A stretch of DNA of 64,000 nt from a virus, in IMG/VR virus record IMGVR_UViG_3300023179_000021, positions 64,001-128,000 of that record. One strand, written 5' to 3'. A program made the translations under genes and the position numbers. Shown here one piece after another: positions 1-9,439 of this stretch. Within the stretch, counting starts at the first letter, position 1; each line of letters begins with the position of its first letter. Under the pieces are notes generated by a model that worked only from the letters and a program-made list of their open reading frames with translations, did not search any database and was not told where the DNA came from.

Positions 1-314
1 CATTATATTACAGTGATAAATTAAATAAGTATTTTTCTGTACCTTATTCTACCGAAGAAAATCAAAGAGGTGTTGTACAAGCTGAAGATACAATTATGTC
101 GGTATTAGAATTTGTCAGAGAAAATAAACAACCTCAGACAATTTCATATGGTGAAAATCAAGACATTATAATTGAATATCGAGTAGCTAATGCAATATTA
201 AAAATTTATGCTTCTTTAAATGACGAAAATAAATTAAAAATTTCTGAGATGATTGAAAAAGGACCTGAGCAATTTAATAAAGTTGCTAGTTTTGCTTTAT
301 CAAAAATCATATGA
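1..314 (+). CDS. Conserved T4-like phage hypothetical protein, 5'-truncated at the window edge
   Basis: The frame of ORF 96..314 is open back to base 3 (LYYSDKLNKYFSVPY...), so the true start probably lies upstream of the window. Confidence 0.6.
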   Translation, partial: LYYSDKLNKYFSVPYSTEENQRGVVQAEDTIMSVLEFVRENKQPQTISYGENQDIIIEYRVANAILKIYASLNDENKLKISEMIEKGPEQFNKVASFALSKII

Positions 315-748
315 ATTTTATAGACAAATTAATTGAAAATGATTTAAAAGGTGCTAGAGCACTTTTGTTTTATCGCCTCGATGAAATTGCCAAAGAATAT
401 TTAAAAAGTTACAAAGAAATTTTAATTACTGATCGCTTTGAAGTATTAGAAGAGGCCGTTCGTAGAAATCCAAACATTGTTCGCATGGGTCGTATACAAA
501 AAATTCGCCGTAGAATACGAAGAAATGCCAAAGGCAAAATAGTATTACAAAAAAATGTAAAACGTTCTGGTGTTAAAGGATATCGATTATCGGGTAGTAC
601 ATTAAAAAGAATACCTGCTGCTCAAAGATTACAGAAAGCAAGAAAACTTAGACAATCATGGAAAACAACAAGAAGAGCTCAATTACGAAGAACATTGATG
701 AAAAGAAAAATGTCTTTGCGTAGACGAGCAGCAATAGGACTAAGATAA
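311..748 (+). CDS. Prohead core protein, gp68-like
   Basis: Very basic Arg/Lys-rich C-terminus (RRTLMKRKMSLRRR); position upstream of gp21. Confidence 0.55.
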   Translation: MNFIDKLIENDLKGARALLFYRLDEIAKEYLKSYKEILITDRFEVLEEAVRRNPNIVRMGRIQKIRRRIRRNAKGKIVLQKNVKRSGVKGYRLSGSTLKRIPAAQRLQKARKLRQSWKTTRRAQLRRTLMKRKMSLRRRAAIGLR

Positions 749-749
749 A

Positions 750-1100
750 ATGGCATTTGAAATAACCAACACACAAAGATCCGCATCAATTATTAGAGTC
801 GTTAATTCTGGCACTGAAACTGTACAGTTAGCTAATTTAGCGTTTAATGCTAATGAAACTGTTTCTTCAGCTAGTATACGAAGGCTGACTTGGTCTACAA
901 ACGGCAGTATTCAAATTGTAAGAAATTCTGTGCCAATATTGATGTTGCACAATGCGGGAACAATGATGCTTGATGAACTCAATCATTCAATTGCAAATAA
1001 TGATACATCAAGTATCGTAATTACAATTAATACTGGTGGATCAATTGTTATGGAAGTCACAAAAGTGGCATCTTATGCTAACGTACTAACGGAAATGTAA
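750..1100 (+). CDS. Hypothetical virion-associated protein
   Basis: 116-aa beta-rich ORF tightly packed in the head operon. Confidence 0.55.
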   Translation: MAFEITNTQRSASIIRVVNSGTETVQLANLAFNANETVSSASIRRLTWSTNGSIQIVRNSVPILMLHNAGTMMLDELNHSIANNDTSSIVITINTGGSIVMEVTKVASYANVLTEM

Positions 1101-1101
1101 A

Positions 1102-1752
1102 ATGAAACTAATTAGAGAAACAATTGAAAACGTTAAATGTCTTAGTGAAACTACAGAGAACGGTAAAAAACGTCTGTATATTGAAGGTACATTTTTAGTT
1201 GGCGATAAAGTAAATCGTAACAATCGTATGTACAAAATGGATACACTTCGCCGCGAAGTTGGCCGTTATAATGAAGAATACATTAAAACAAATCGTGCTC
1301 TTGGTGAATTAGGTCATCCAGATACTCCGTCTTTAAATTTAGAACGAGTATCACACAAAATTTTATCTCTTGCAGAGGATGGCAATACATTTTATGGTAG
1401 AGCTTTGATCCTTGAAACTCCTTATGGCCAAATTGTTAAAAACTTTATTGAAAATGATGTCAGTATTGGTGTTTCTTCAAGAGCTTTAGGTTCAGTTGTT
1501 CAAACAAAAGAAGGCTATAATTTAGTACAAGATGATTTAAAATTAGCTACAGCTGCTGACATTGTTGCTGACCCATCTGCACCTGGTGCTTTTGTTCAAG
1601 GCATTATGGAAAATAAAGAGTGGATGTTTATTGATGGTAAATTTGTTGAAGCTAATTTTGATTATTCTAAAAAACAAATTAAACAAGCATCTTCCAAGCA
1701 AATAGAAGAAGTTGCTTTAAAATTATTTGAAAATTACCTACGAAAACTTTAA
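1102..1752 (+). CDS. gp21: Prohead protease gp21
   Basis: NRNNRMY, ALGELGHP, GVSSRALGS and DIVADPSAPGAFV motifs. Confidence 0.95.
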   Translation: MKLIRETIENVKCLSETTENGKKRLYIEGTFLVGDKVNRNNRMYKMDTLRREVGRYNEEYIKTNRALGELGHPDTPSLNLERVSHKILSLAEDGNTFYGRALILETPYGQIVKNFIENDVSIGVSSRALGSVVQTKEGYNLVQDDLKLATAADIVADPSAPGAFVQGIMENKEWMFIDGKFVEANFDYSKKQIKQASSKQIEEVALKLFENYLRKL

Positions 1753-1756
1753 AATT

Positions 1757-1764
1757 TATAAATA
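1757..1764 (+). promoter_or_regulatory. T4-type late promoter TATAAATA
   Basis: Exact consensus upstream of gp22 and its AAGGAG RBS. Confidence 0.8.
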
Positions 1765-1786
1765 GAAAATCACAAGGAGATTCCTA

Positions 1787-2845
1787 ATGGCATCAAGTAA
1801 ATTAATGGAAGCAGCTGCTGATATTCTTGCCGGAAGCAAGTCTAAAGCCACCGCTATGCCACCAGAAAAACTACCGGGCGAAATGGAAGACCTGGGTGGT
1901 CCCACGCCACAAAATTTTAAATCAACAGATGATTCGACGAAAATTTATGCCTCTGCAAAAGCGCCGGATAATTCTGCTAAAAATAAAGCTAGCATTTCTA
2001 CAAAACCATCTGATGCTTCAGCAGACACTCAACTCCGCATGAATAAAGAAGATTCTGAAGAAGATAACGAAGAAATGCTTGATGAAAAATCATACATGAA
2101 TATGATGAAGAAAAAAATGAAAGAAGATGTCGATGCACTTTTTGCCGATGATTCAACAATTTCTGAAGAGTTTAAAGAAAAAGCAGCTATAATTTTTGAA
2201 GCTCGTGTTTTTGATCGTGTCGCACAAATTCAAGAAGAACTTGAAATCGAATATGCATCAGTTCTTGAAGAAGCCGTTGAAGAAATTAAAAATGACTTGA
2301 CCGAGAAGGTCGATGATTATCTTTCCTATGTTGTTGAACAATGGATCGAGCAAAATGAAATTGCTGTTGAATCGGGCCTCCGCGCTGAACTTACCGAAGA
2401 ATTTATCGCTGGTCTTCGTAATTTATTTGCTGAACATTACATTGATGTTCCTACAGAAAAAGTTGACCTCGTTGATGAGCTTGCAAGTAAAGTTGAAGAA
2501 CTTGAAGGCAAACTTAACGAAGAAATTGAACATGGTATTGAATTGAAAAAAGCTTTAATTGAGTCTTATAAACAAGAAGTTACCCATGCTGTTTGCGAGG
2601 GTCTCACCGCTACTCAAGTTGAAAAAATTAAATCACTCGCAGAGAGTGTAGAGTTTTCCACAGAGGAAGAATACAAAGAAAAACTTGAAACAATTCGTGA
2701 GAACTACTTTCCGTCTGGCGTTAAAAAAGCCAATGTTGCACAGCTGCATGAACAAGTAGAAGATGCCGACGAAAAGAAGGCCATAATTACTGACCCATTC
2801 GTTGCTGCAGTCTCACAAGCTATTTCAAAAACTAAGTTACAATAA
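1787..2845 (+). CDS. gp22: Prohead scaffold protein gp22
   Basis: Acidic coiled coil with EEFKEKAAIIFEA and KVDDYLSYVVEQW; lies between gp21 and gp23. Confidence 0.9.
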   Translation: MASSKLMEAAADILAGSKSKATAMPPEKLPGEMEDLGGPTPQNFKSTDDSTKIYASAKAPDNSAKNKASISTKPSDASADTQLRMNKEDSEEDNEEMLDEKSYMNMMKKKMKEDVDALFADDSTISEEFKEKAAIIFEARVFDRVAQIQEELEIEYASVLEEAVEEIKNDLTEKVDDYLSYVVEQWIEQNEIAVESGLRAELTEEFIAGLRNLFAEHYIDVPTEKVDLVDELASKVEELEGKLNEEIEHGIELKKALIESYKQEVTHAVCEGLTATQVEKIKSLAESVEFSTEEEYKEKLETIRENYFPSGVKKANVAQLHEQVEDADEKKAIITDPFVAAVSQAISKTKLQ

Positions 2846-2869
2846 TAATAAAATCAAGGAGATTTTCTA

Positions 2870-4219
2870 ATGTATCTTTCCGAACAACTTCAAACTAAAT
2901 GGGCAGGTGTACTGGATCATCCAGACCTGCCTGCAATTAAAGATCCGTATCGTAAGGCTGTTACTGCTGTTATTCTTGAAAATCAAGCTCAAGAAATGCA
3001 AAAGGCTGCAGGTATGCTTCACGAAGCTGTACCAACAATGTCGGCATCTGCTGGTCTTGGTTCTGGCGGCGCAACCGGTTTTTCAGCAGGCGCTACTGCT
3101 ACAGGCCCAGTTGCTGGTTTCGACCCAATTCTTATTTCGTTGGTTCGTCGTTCGCTTCCAAATTTGATTGCCTATGACATTTGCGGTGTTCAACCAATGA
3201 CTGGTCCCACTGGTCTTATTTTTGCAATGCGCTCACGTTATAGCACACAAACAAGTGGTACAGAAGCTTTCTACGATGAGGCTAACACTGGTTTCTCTGG
3301 TCTTGGCACTGCACAAACAACCCTTGCTATCGGTGCCGCAGCTGCTAACACTTTTGTTGCTAACGGTGCAGGTGTTGCTGCTATGTCAACAGCTCGTGCT
3401 GAAGCTCTCGGTGACGGTTCTAACACTTTCCAAGAAATGGCATTCAGTATCGAGAAAGTTACTGTTACTGCTAAAACTCGCGCTCTCAAGGCAGAATACT
3501 CAATCGAACTCGCACAGGATCTTAAAGCAGTTCATGGTCTTGACGCAGAAACAGAATTGAGCAACATTCTTTCTTCAGAGATTCTTGCTGAAATCAACCG
3601 TGAAGTTATCCGTACAGTTTATGCTGTTGCTAAGACTGGTGCTCAAGTTGGTACTACAACTGCTGGCACATTCAACCTCGACACAGATTCTAACGGCCGC
3701 TGGATGGTTGAAAAAGTTAAGGGTCTTGCCTTTCAAATCGAACGCGAAGCAAATACTATTGCTAAGCAAACTCGTCGCGGTAAGGGTAACATCATGATTT
3801 GTTCTTCAGATGTTGCTTCTGCTCTTGCCATGGCTGGTATTCTTGATTATAACTCAGCACTTCAGTCTCAGGTTAATCTAACAGTTGATGATACCGGCAA
3901 TACTTTTGCAGGTACATTGTTTGGTCGTATCAAAGTTTACATCGATCCATATTTCCCAGCAGGTTCCACTTCAGAATTCGCAGTTGTTGGTTATAAGGGT
4001 TCGAACGCTTATGATGCAGGTATTTTCTACTGCCCATACGTTCCTCTCCAAATGGTTCGTGCTGTAGATACTGGTACATTCCAGCCAAAGATTGGTTTCA
4101 AAACTCGTTACGGTCTTGTTGCTAATCCATTTGCTGAAGGTACGACACAAGGCTCCGGTACTCTTACCAACCTTGCGAATGTGTATTACCGTGCATTTAA
4201 AATTTCGAACCTCATGTAA
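2870..4219 (+). CDS. gp23: Major capsid protein gp23
   Basis: GVQPMTGPTGLIFAMR, ELAQDLKAVHGLDAE, YCPYVPL and FQPKIGFKTRYG motifs. Confidence 0.98.
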   Translation: MYLSEQLQTKWAGVLDHPDLPAIKDPYRKAVTAVILENQAQEMQKAAGMLHEAVPTMSASAGLGSGGATGFSAGATATGPVAGFDPILISLVRRSLPNLIAYDICGVQPMTGPTGLIFAMRSRYSTQTSGTEAFYDEANTGFSGLGTAQTTLAIGAAAANTFVANGAGVAAMSTARAEALGDGSNTFQEMAFSIEKVTVTAKTRALKAEYSIELAQDLKAVHGLDAETELSNILSSEILAEINREVIRTVYAVAKTGAQVGTTTAGTFNLDTDSNGRWMVEKVKGLAFQIEREANTIAKQTRRGKGNIMICSSDVASALAMAGILDYNSALQSQVNLTVDDTGNTFAGTLFGRIKVYIDPYFPAGSTSEFAVVGYKGSNAYDAGIFYCPYVPLQMVRAVDTGTFQPKIGFKTRYGLVANPFAEGTTQGSGTLTNLANVYYRAFKISNLM

Positions 4220-4239
4220 ACCCCATTAAGAGGGTTCTT

Positions 4240-4269
4240 AAAGAGGGACAGAAATGTCCCTCTTTTTTT
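4240..4269 (+). terminator. Rho-independent terminator after gp23
   Basis: AAGAGGGACA-GAAA-TGTCCCTCTT followed by a T run. Confidence 0.9.
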
Positions 4270-4285
4270 ATGGATAAATATTAAC

Positions 4286-4816
4286 ATGACCGCATTTACT
4301 AGAAATCCAACCAATCCTAATTTTCTTCAGCCCAATAAGTTTATATTAAACTTTACACGGGCACCGGCACTTCGTTATTTTTGTCAAACAGTTACAGTAC
4401 CCGGCATAGCAACAACAGAAATACCACAAACAAATCCATTTGTAGAAATCTATGTACCTGGTGAAAAAGCAGTTTATGATGTTTTAAATATTACATTTAT
4501 GGTTGACGAAAATTTAGAATCATGGCGCGAAATACATGATTGGATTCGTGCGATGACTTTTCCATATTCTTATGCTGAGTATCGTTCATTGGCAAATTTA
4601 AATCCTTATAATCAAAAAGGCCAACCTCAATACTCAGATGCTACACTTACACTTCTTTCTTCGGCAAATAATCCAATACTTGATTTTAAATTTTATGATG
4701 TGTTTCCCATTTCTATTGGCTCTTTTGTCATGTCTTCTACAGATAGCCCAGATAGTATTATTACCTCAGACGCAACATTTCGGTATACTTTATACGATTT
4801 AGTTGTACCAGGATAA
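4286..4816 (+). CDS. gp3: Tail completion/tube terminator gp3-like protein
   Basis: NFLQPNKF...FMVDENL..W.EIHDW...SDATL; follows gp23; late-promoter variant GATAAATA at 4273-4280. Confidence 0.8.
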   Translation: MTAFTRNPTNPNFLQPNKFILNFTRAPALRYFCQTVTVPGIATTEIPQTNPFVEIYVPGEKAVYDVLNITFMVDENLESWREIHDWIRAMTFPYSYAEYRSLANLNPYNQKGQPQYSDATLTLLSSANNPILDFKFYDVFPISIGSFVMSSTDSPDSIITSDATFRYTLYDLVVPG

Positions 4817-4852
4817 TTTTTATGATATAATCTCCGTATAGGAGGATTTGAA

Positions 4853-5287
4853 ATGAGTAAACTTGATGATTTATTGGCTATGTGGGCAAAAGATACTGAA
4901 ATTGATCGCACCGAACCAGGTAAAGCTCTTTTAGATATTCCCAAACTTCATAGCAAATATCTTAACATACTTTCAAATCATCGTCTATTGATCCGAGACT
5001 GTGAATTTAAATATAACCGAATGAAAAAGATTAAGTGGGAATACTATACTGGTAAATTAGATGAAGATGATTTAAAGAAACATGGATGGGAGCCATTTCC
5101 GTATGTTCTTAAGTCCGACATCACTACATATATGGAAGCCGATGAAGATATGAATCGTTATTTGGCTCAAAAAAGGTTACATGAAGAAATTGTTGAAGTT
5201 TGTAATTCTATACTGAAAGAATTGCACTCTCGCACATATCAGTTAAGAGGTTTTATAGAATATGAAAAGTTTATAAACGGAATATAA
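4853..5287 (+). CDS. uvsY: Recombination mediator UvsY
   Basis: IPKLHSKYL and WEYYTGK motifs; upstream of uvsW. Confidence 0.85.
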   Translation: MSKLDDLLAMWAKDTEIDRTEPGKALLDIPKLHSKYLNILSNHRLLIRDCEFKYNRMKKIKWEYYTGKLDEDDLKKHGWEPFPYVLKSDITTYMEADEDMNRYLAQKRLHEEIVEVCNSILKELHSRTYQLRGFIEYEKFINGI

Positions 5288-5295
5288 ACAATTAA

Positions 5296-6759
5296 ATGAG
5301 TGATATAACATTACATGTATTAAATGAGGCTTACATAAAAGTTGAATGTGAAAGGCACTATGCTCAAGAATTAAACGAATACTTTTCTTTTCGAGTTCCA
5401 GGGTATCAATTCACGCCGGCTTATAAAAATAAAATTTGGGACGGTTACATAAAACTTTTTTCGTTAAAAGACAATACCATCTATCGAGGCCTTTTACCTT
5501 ATATTGAAAAGTTTGCCAAAGAAAGAAATTATGAAGTAAATATTCATGATAATTTAAATGTCACCGATGAATTGTCATTAAAAGAAACTACTGAATTTAT
5601 ACAGTTACTTAATTTGCCATTAGAGCCTCGTGATTATCAAATAAAGTCTTTTGTACATGCTATAAGAAATCGGCGTATGTTGCTTGTTTCTCCTACGGCT
5701 TCTGGTAAATCACTTATCATTTATCTAATTGTACGGTATTTTCAGAAGATAAATTTAAAACGTGGTCTTTTAATTGTACCAAACATTTCTCTCGTGGCAC
5801 AAATGTATAAAGATTTTGAATCGTACGGTTATGATTCACTAGAGAATTGTCATACCATACACCAAGGGCGTGATAAAGAGGCTAAAAAGTTTCTGTTCAT
5901 TTCTACATGGCAATCTATCTACACACAACCTAAGGAGTATTTTGAACAGTTTGATTTTGTAATTGGCGATGAGGCACATTCATTCAAGGCTAAATCTCTC
6001 ACTACAATTATGACTAGTTGTATCCATTCTAAATACCGTATAGGTTGTACAGGTACATTGGATGGTACACAAACACACCGCCTTGTGCTTGAGGGTTTAT
6101 TTGGGCCGGTATATCAATCAACTTCCACATCCGAATTGATTGAGAAAAAACAATTGGCTGATTTTAAAATAAAGTGTTTGATATTGAAGTATCCTGAAAT
6201 TGTTTGTAAAGAAAGCAGAAAATGGGATTATCAAACCGAAATAGATTACATTGTGTCAAATTCTAAACGTAATGAATTTATTAAAAATTTAGTGCTATCA
6301 TTAAATGGTAATACTCTTGTTTTGTTTCAATTAGTAGAAAGACACGGTAAAATACTACATGACCTTATTCAAAAGCATTCTAGTGATAGGCATGTATTTT
6401 TTGTTTTTGGTGGAACTGACATTGAAGTTCGTGAATTGGTTCGTTCAATTACTGAAAAAGAATCTAATGCTATTATTGTGGCTTCTTATGGCGTTTACAG
6501 CACTGGAGTTAATATACGCAACCTTCATAATATTGTTTTCGCCTCACCATCTAAATCAAGAATTCGTAACCTTCAATCAATAGGCCGCGGTCTTCGTATT
6601 GGTGAAAATAAACAAGAGGCCACTTTGTTTGATATTGTTGATGATTTAAGAACAGGTAAAAATACAAATTATACGCTAAAACATTTTCTTGAAAGAGTAA
6701 AAATATATGATGAAGAAAAGTTTAATTATAAATTTTACAATATAAAGTTAAAAACATGA
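5296..6759 (+). CDS. uvsW: SF2 helicase UvsW
   Basis: PTASGKS, DEAH, TGT and QSIGRGLR motifs. Confidence 0.95.
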   Translation: MSDITLHVLNEAYIKVECERHYAQELNEYFSFRVPGYQFTPAYKNKIWDGYIKLFSLKDNTIYRGLLPYIEKFAKERNYEVNIHDNLNVTDELSLKETTEFIQLLNLPLEPRDYQIKSFVHAIRNRRMLLVSPTASGKSLIIYLIVRYFQKINLKRGLLIVPNISLVAQMYKDFESYGYDSLENCHTIHQGRDKEAKKFLFISTWQSIYTQPKEYFEQFDFVIGDEAHSFKAKSLTTIMTSCIHSKYRIGCTGTLDGTQTHRLVLEGLFGPVYQSTSTSELIEKKQLADFKIKCLILKYPEIVCKESRKWDYQTEIDYIVSNSKRNEFIKNLVLSLNGNTLVLFQLVERHGKILHDLIQKHSSDRHVFFVFGGTDIEVRELVRSITEKESNAIIVASYGVYSTGVNIRNLHNIVFASPSKSRIRNLQSIGRGLRIGENKQEATLFDIVDDLRTGKNTNYTLKHFLERVKIYDEEKFNYKFYNIKLKT

Positions 6760-7175
6760 CCGAACTATTAGAACTTCAAATAAAAATTTTAAGATTAAAT
6801 ACAGGTGAAGACATTGTTGGTTTTTGTTTAATGGATGATGAACATGGTTGTGTAAGTATTGAAAACCCTATGAAAGTTCATATTAAAAGAGCCACACCGC
6901 CACTTGGTCAAACAGCACTTTATATGATGCCTTGGTTGCCATTAGAAATCATTGAAGATAATTTAGCAACTATTAATTATGATGATATAATTACTATTGT
7001 AGATCCAAAAAAATCATTTGTTAAATACTATAATAATGCCGTAGAAGAATATGAAATTCAAAGAAAAATACAAGAAAACGAAGTAGAAGAAAATGAAGAA
7101 AATGATGTTGATGAAGAAACTTTACAAGAAATGTTAGAATCTCTTCGTGAATCTAAAAAGAATCGTCTACATTAA
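6756..7175 (+). CDS. Conserved T4-like hypothetical protein (Sm-like N-terminus, acidic tail)
   Basis: ILRLNTGEDIV...PWLP pattern; overlaps the uvsW stop. Confidence 0.6.
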   Translation: MTELLELQIKILRLNTGEDIVGFCLMDDEHGCVSIENPMKVHIKRATPPLGQTALYMMPWLPLEIIEDNLATINYDDIITIVDPKKSFVKYYNNAVEEYEIQRKIQENEVEENEENDVDEETLQEMLESLRESKKNRLH

Positions 7176-7576
7176 TGGATTATAGTGAACAAAATTTAAA
7201 ACTGGTATCTTCAGTTATAAAAAATAATTTAACACCAGATTTATTACCTAAAAAATGGGTGCAAAGGAATCAAAGCAACCCTACATTTGGGCATTGTCAT
7301 ACAGCATCAGCTTGCCTTCAAAAGGTCTTTGGTAGTAAAATGATACATCTTTGGAGAGGCCTTGATGATGAAGGTATTTGGCATTGGTGGGCAGTAGATA
7401 TAAATGGTTTAAGAATTGATATTACAGAAGAACAATATACCTCTCAAGGTAGAGTGCCACCTTATGATGTTGGGATGAAGGCCTCAATCTTAGGATTTGA
7501 TTATCGTAAAAGAGTATTGAAGCTTTTGGATAAGGTAACTAAAGAATTATCATCATACGGAACACCGCTAATGTAA
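7175..7576 (+). CDS. Hypothetical protein with a possible Cys-His-Asp (transglutaminase/YunG-like) triad
   Basis: GHCHTAS...WHWW...IDITEEQY. Confidence 0.45.
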   Translation: MDYSEQNLKLVSSVIKNNLTPDLLPKKWVQRNQSNPTFGHCHTASACLQKVFGSKMIHLWRGLDDEGIWHWWAVDINGLRIDITEEQYTSQGRVPPYDVGMKASILGFDYRKRVLKLLDKVTKELSSYGTPLM

Positions 7577-7628
7577 CACTTGTCAAGAGCAAAAACAAGG
7601 GCTTATTAGGCGAAGATAACATAAAAGA

Positions 7629-7657
7629 TTGACATACAACCAACGAATGTGTATACT
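7629..7657 (+). promoter_or_regulatory. Sigma70-type promoter for gp55
   Basis: TTGACA-17 nt-TATACT with an extended TG. Confidence 0.7.
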
Positions 7658-8209
7658 ATGAAAACTATGACAAAGAAAACTAACTATTATATAAACAATG
7701 CTGACTTTCTTAAAGCTCTCATTGATTACAAAGAGTCGTGTGAAATTGCTCAAAAACAAAAGAAATCTGACCCTCCAATACCAAATTATATTGGCGAGTG
7801 CTTCTTAAAGATTGCTGACCACTTGTCTCGTAAGCCAAATTTTGTATCATATTCTTTTCGAGATGAAATGATTTCAGATGGCATTGAAAATTGCCTAATG
7901 TATTTTAAAAATTTTGATCCAATTAAATCAAAAAATCCATTTGCCTATTTTACACAAATTATTTACTATGCTTTTCTTCGCCGTATTATGAAAGAAAAGA
8001 AACAACTGTATGTTAAATATAAGGCTACTGAAAACTTTGGTTTACTGGATGAATTTGAAATGTTTGAAGATTCAGATGGTAATATGAGGCAATTTCAGTT
8101 ATATGATAATATCTCAGAGTTCATACAAACATTTGAAGAAAACAAACGAAATAAAAAACGTGGTAAAATTAGAACATTTGAAGACTTAGAGGAAAATATA
8201 GATGAATAA
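7649..8209 (+). CDS. gp55: Late-transcription sigma factor gp55 (start probably 7667)
   Basis: YIGECFLKIA, DEMISDGIENC and NPFAYFTQIIYYAFLRRI motifs. Confidence 0.95.
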   Translation: MYTMKTMTKKTNYYINNADFLKALIDYKESCEIAQKQKKSDPPIPNYIGECFLKIADHLSRKPNFVSYSFRDEMISDGIENCLMYFKNFDPIKSKNPFAYFTQIIYYAFLRRIMKEKKQLYVKYKATENFGLLDEFEMFEDSDGNMRQFQLYDNISEFIQTFEENKRNKKRGKIRTFEDLEENIDE

Positions 8210-8378
8210 TGAAGATATTTTAAATCGTATTGCAGCACTAGAAGCTCGAAGTGAAATGTTTGAATCTGAAATTATTCGTGTGGAAAATACACATCGAAAC
8301 CAAATGATGATTGTTGATTTAAAAAAGAAAAAACTTAAAATCAAAGATGAGATTGAACAACTTAAAAAACAACTATGA
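8202..8378 (+). CDS. Small coiled-coil protein, DUF465/YdcH-like (58 aa, not in the ORF track)
   Basis: Translated by hand: MNNEDILNRIAALEARSEMFESEIIRVENTHRNQMMIVDLKKKKLKIKDEIEQLKKQL; fills the gp55-gp47 gap with overlaps at both ends. Confidence 0.65.
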   Translation: MNNEDILNRIAALEARSEMFESEIIRVENTHRNQMMIVDLKKKKLKIKDEIEQLKKQL

Positions 8379-9439
8379 AAATATGTATTCTTGGTGACAC
8401 CCATTTCGGTGCTCGAGGTGATTCGCTAGACTTTCATCGGTACTTTCAGAAATTCTATGAAAACATTTTGTTTCCATATCTGGAAGAAAACAATATTAAA
8501 ACTATTTTTCAAATGGGTGATTTATTTGACCGCAGAAAGTTTATCAATTTTAATTCTCTTTTTTTAGCGAGAAAGTATTTTTTTGATGAAATAGTTGCAA
8601 ATGATATAACAATGTATACACTCATTGGTAATCACGACATGGCTTTTAAAAATACTTTAGAAGTCAATTCTCCGTCGTTGGTTATTAATGACTATAAAAA
8701 TGTTAAAGTCATTCAAAATTTCACAACAATTGGACTTGGTGATACTTTAATTGATGTTGTTCCGTGGATTTGTGATGAAAATAAAAACGATATAATTAAA
8801 AAAATTAAATCTTCAAAATCAGATATTTGTTTCGGGCATTTTGAAATCATGGGTTTTGAAATGGAAAGAGGCAGTATATGTGAGACAGGTATTGACAAAA
8901 AGATTTTATCCAGATATGATGTGGTTTTGTCGGGCCATTTTCACCATAAATCCACTCAAGGTAATATTACCTATGTTGGTACACCTTATGAAATGACATG
9001 GTCTGATTTTAATGATGTAAAAGGTTTTCATATTTTTGACACTGAAACTAGAACACTTGAATTTACGGCAAACCCATATACAATGTTTAATAAAATTATA
9101 TATGATGATTCAGAAACAAACTTTGAATTTTGGAAAGCCTATGAATATGATAAACATGCAAATACCTATGTAAAAGTTGTTGTGGTCAATAAACAAAATC
9201 CATATTTGTTTGATAATGTAATTGACAATCTATATAAAGCTTCTTGTGCTGATATTGCAATTGTTGAAGATTTTACTGATACACGAATTGAAGATGAAAT
9301 TGTTGACCAAGCTGAAGATACAATGACTATTCTTTCAAAATTTATCGATGCACTTGAACTTGATGTTGAAAATGATAAATTGAAAAAAGTGATGCGAGAA
9401 CTTTATGTTGAAGCATTGAATACTGAAGTTACTGACTGA
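8375..9439 (+). CDS. gp47: Recombination nuclease gp47 (Mre11/SbcD-like)
   Basis: GDTHFG, GDLFD, GNHD and SGHFH phosphoesterase motifs. Confidence 0.95.
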   Translation: MKICILGDTHFGARGDSLDFHRYFQKFYENILFPYLEENNIKTIFQMGDLFDRRKFINFNSLFLARKYFFDEIVANDITMYTLIGNHDMAFKNTLEVNSPSLVINDYKNVKVIQNFTTIGLGDTLIDVVPWICDENKNDIIKKIKSSKSDICFGHFEIMGFEMERGSICETGIDKKILSRYDVVLSGHFHHKSTQGNITYVGTPYEMTWSDFNDVKGFHIFDTETRTLEFTANPYTMFNKIIYDDSETNFEFWKAYEYDKHANTYVKVVVVNKQNPYLFDNVIDNLYKASCADIAIVEDFTDTRIEDEIVDQAEDTMTILSKFIDALELDVENDKLKKVMRELYVEALNTEVTD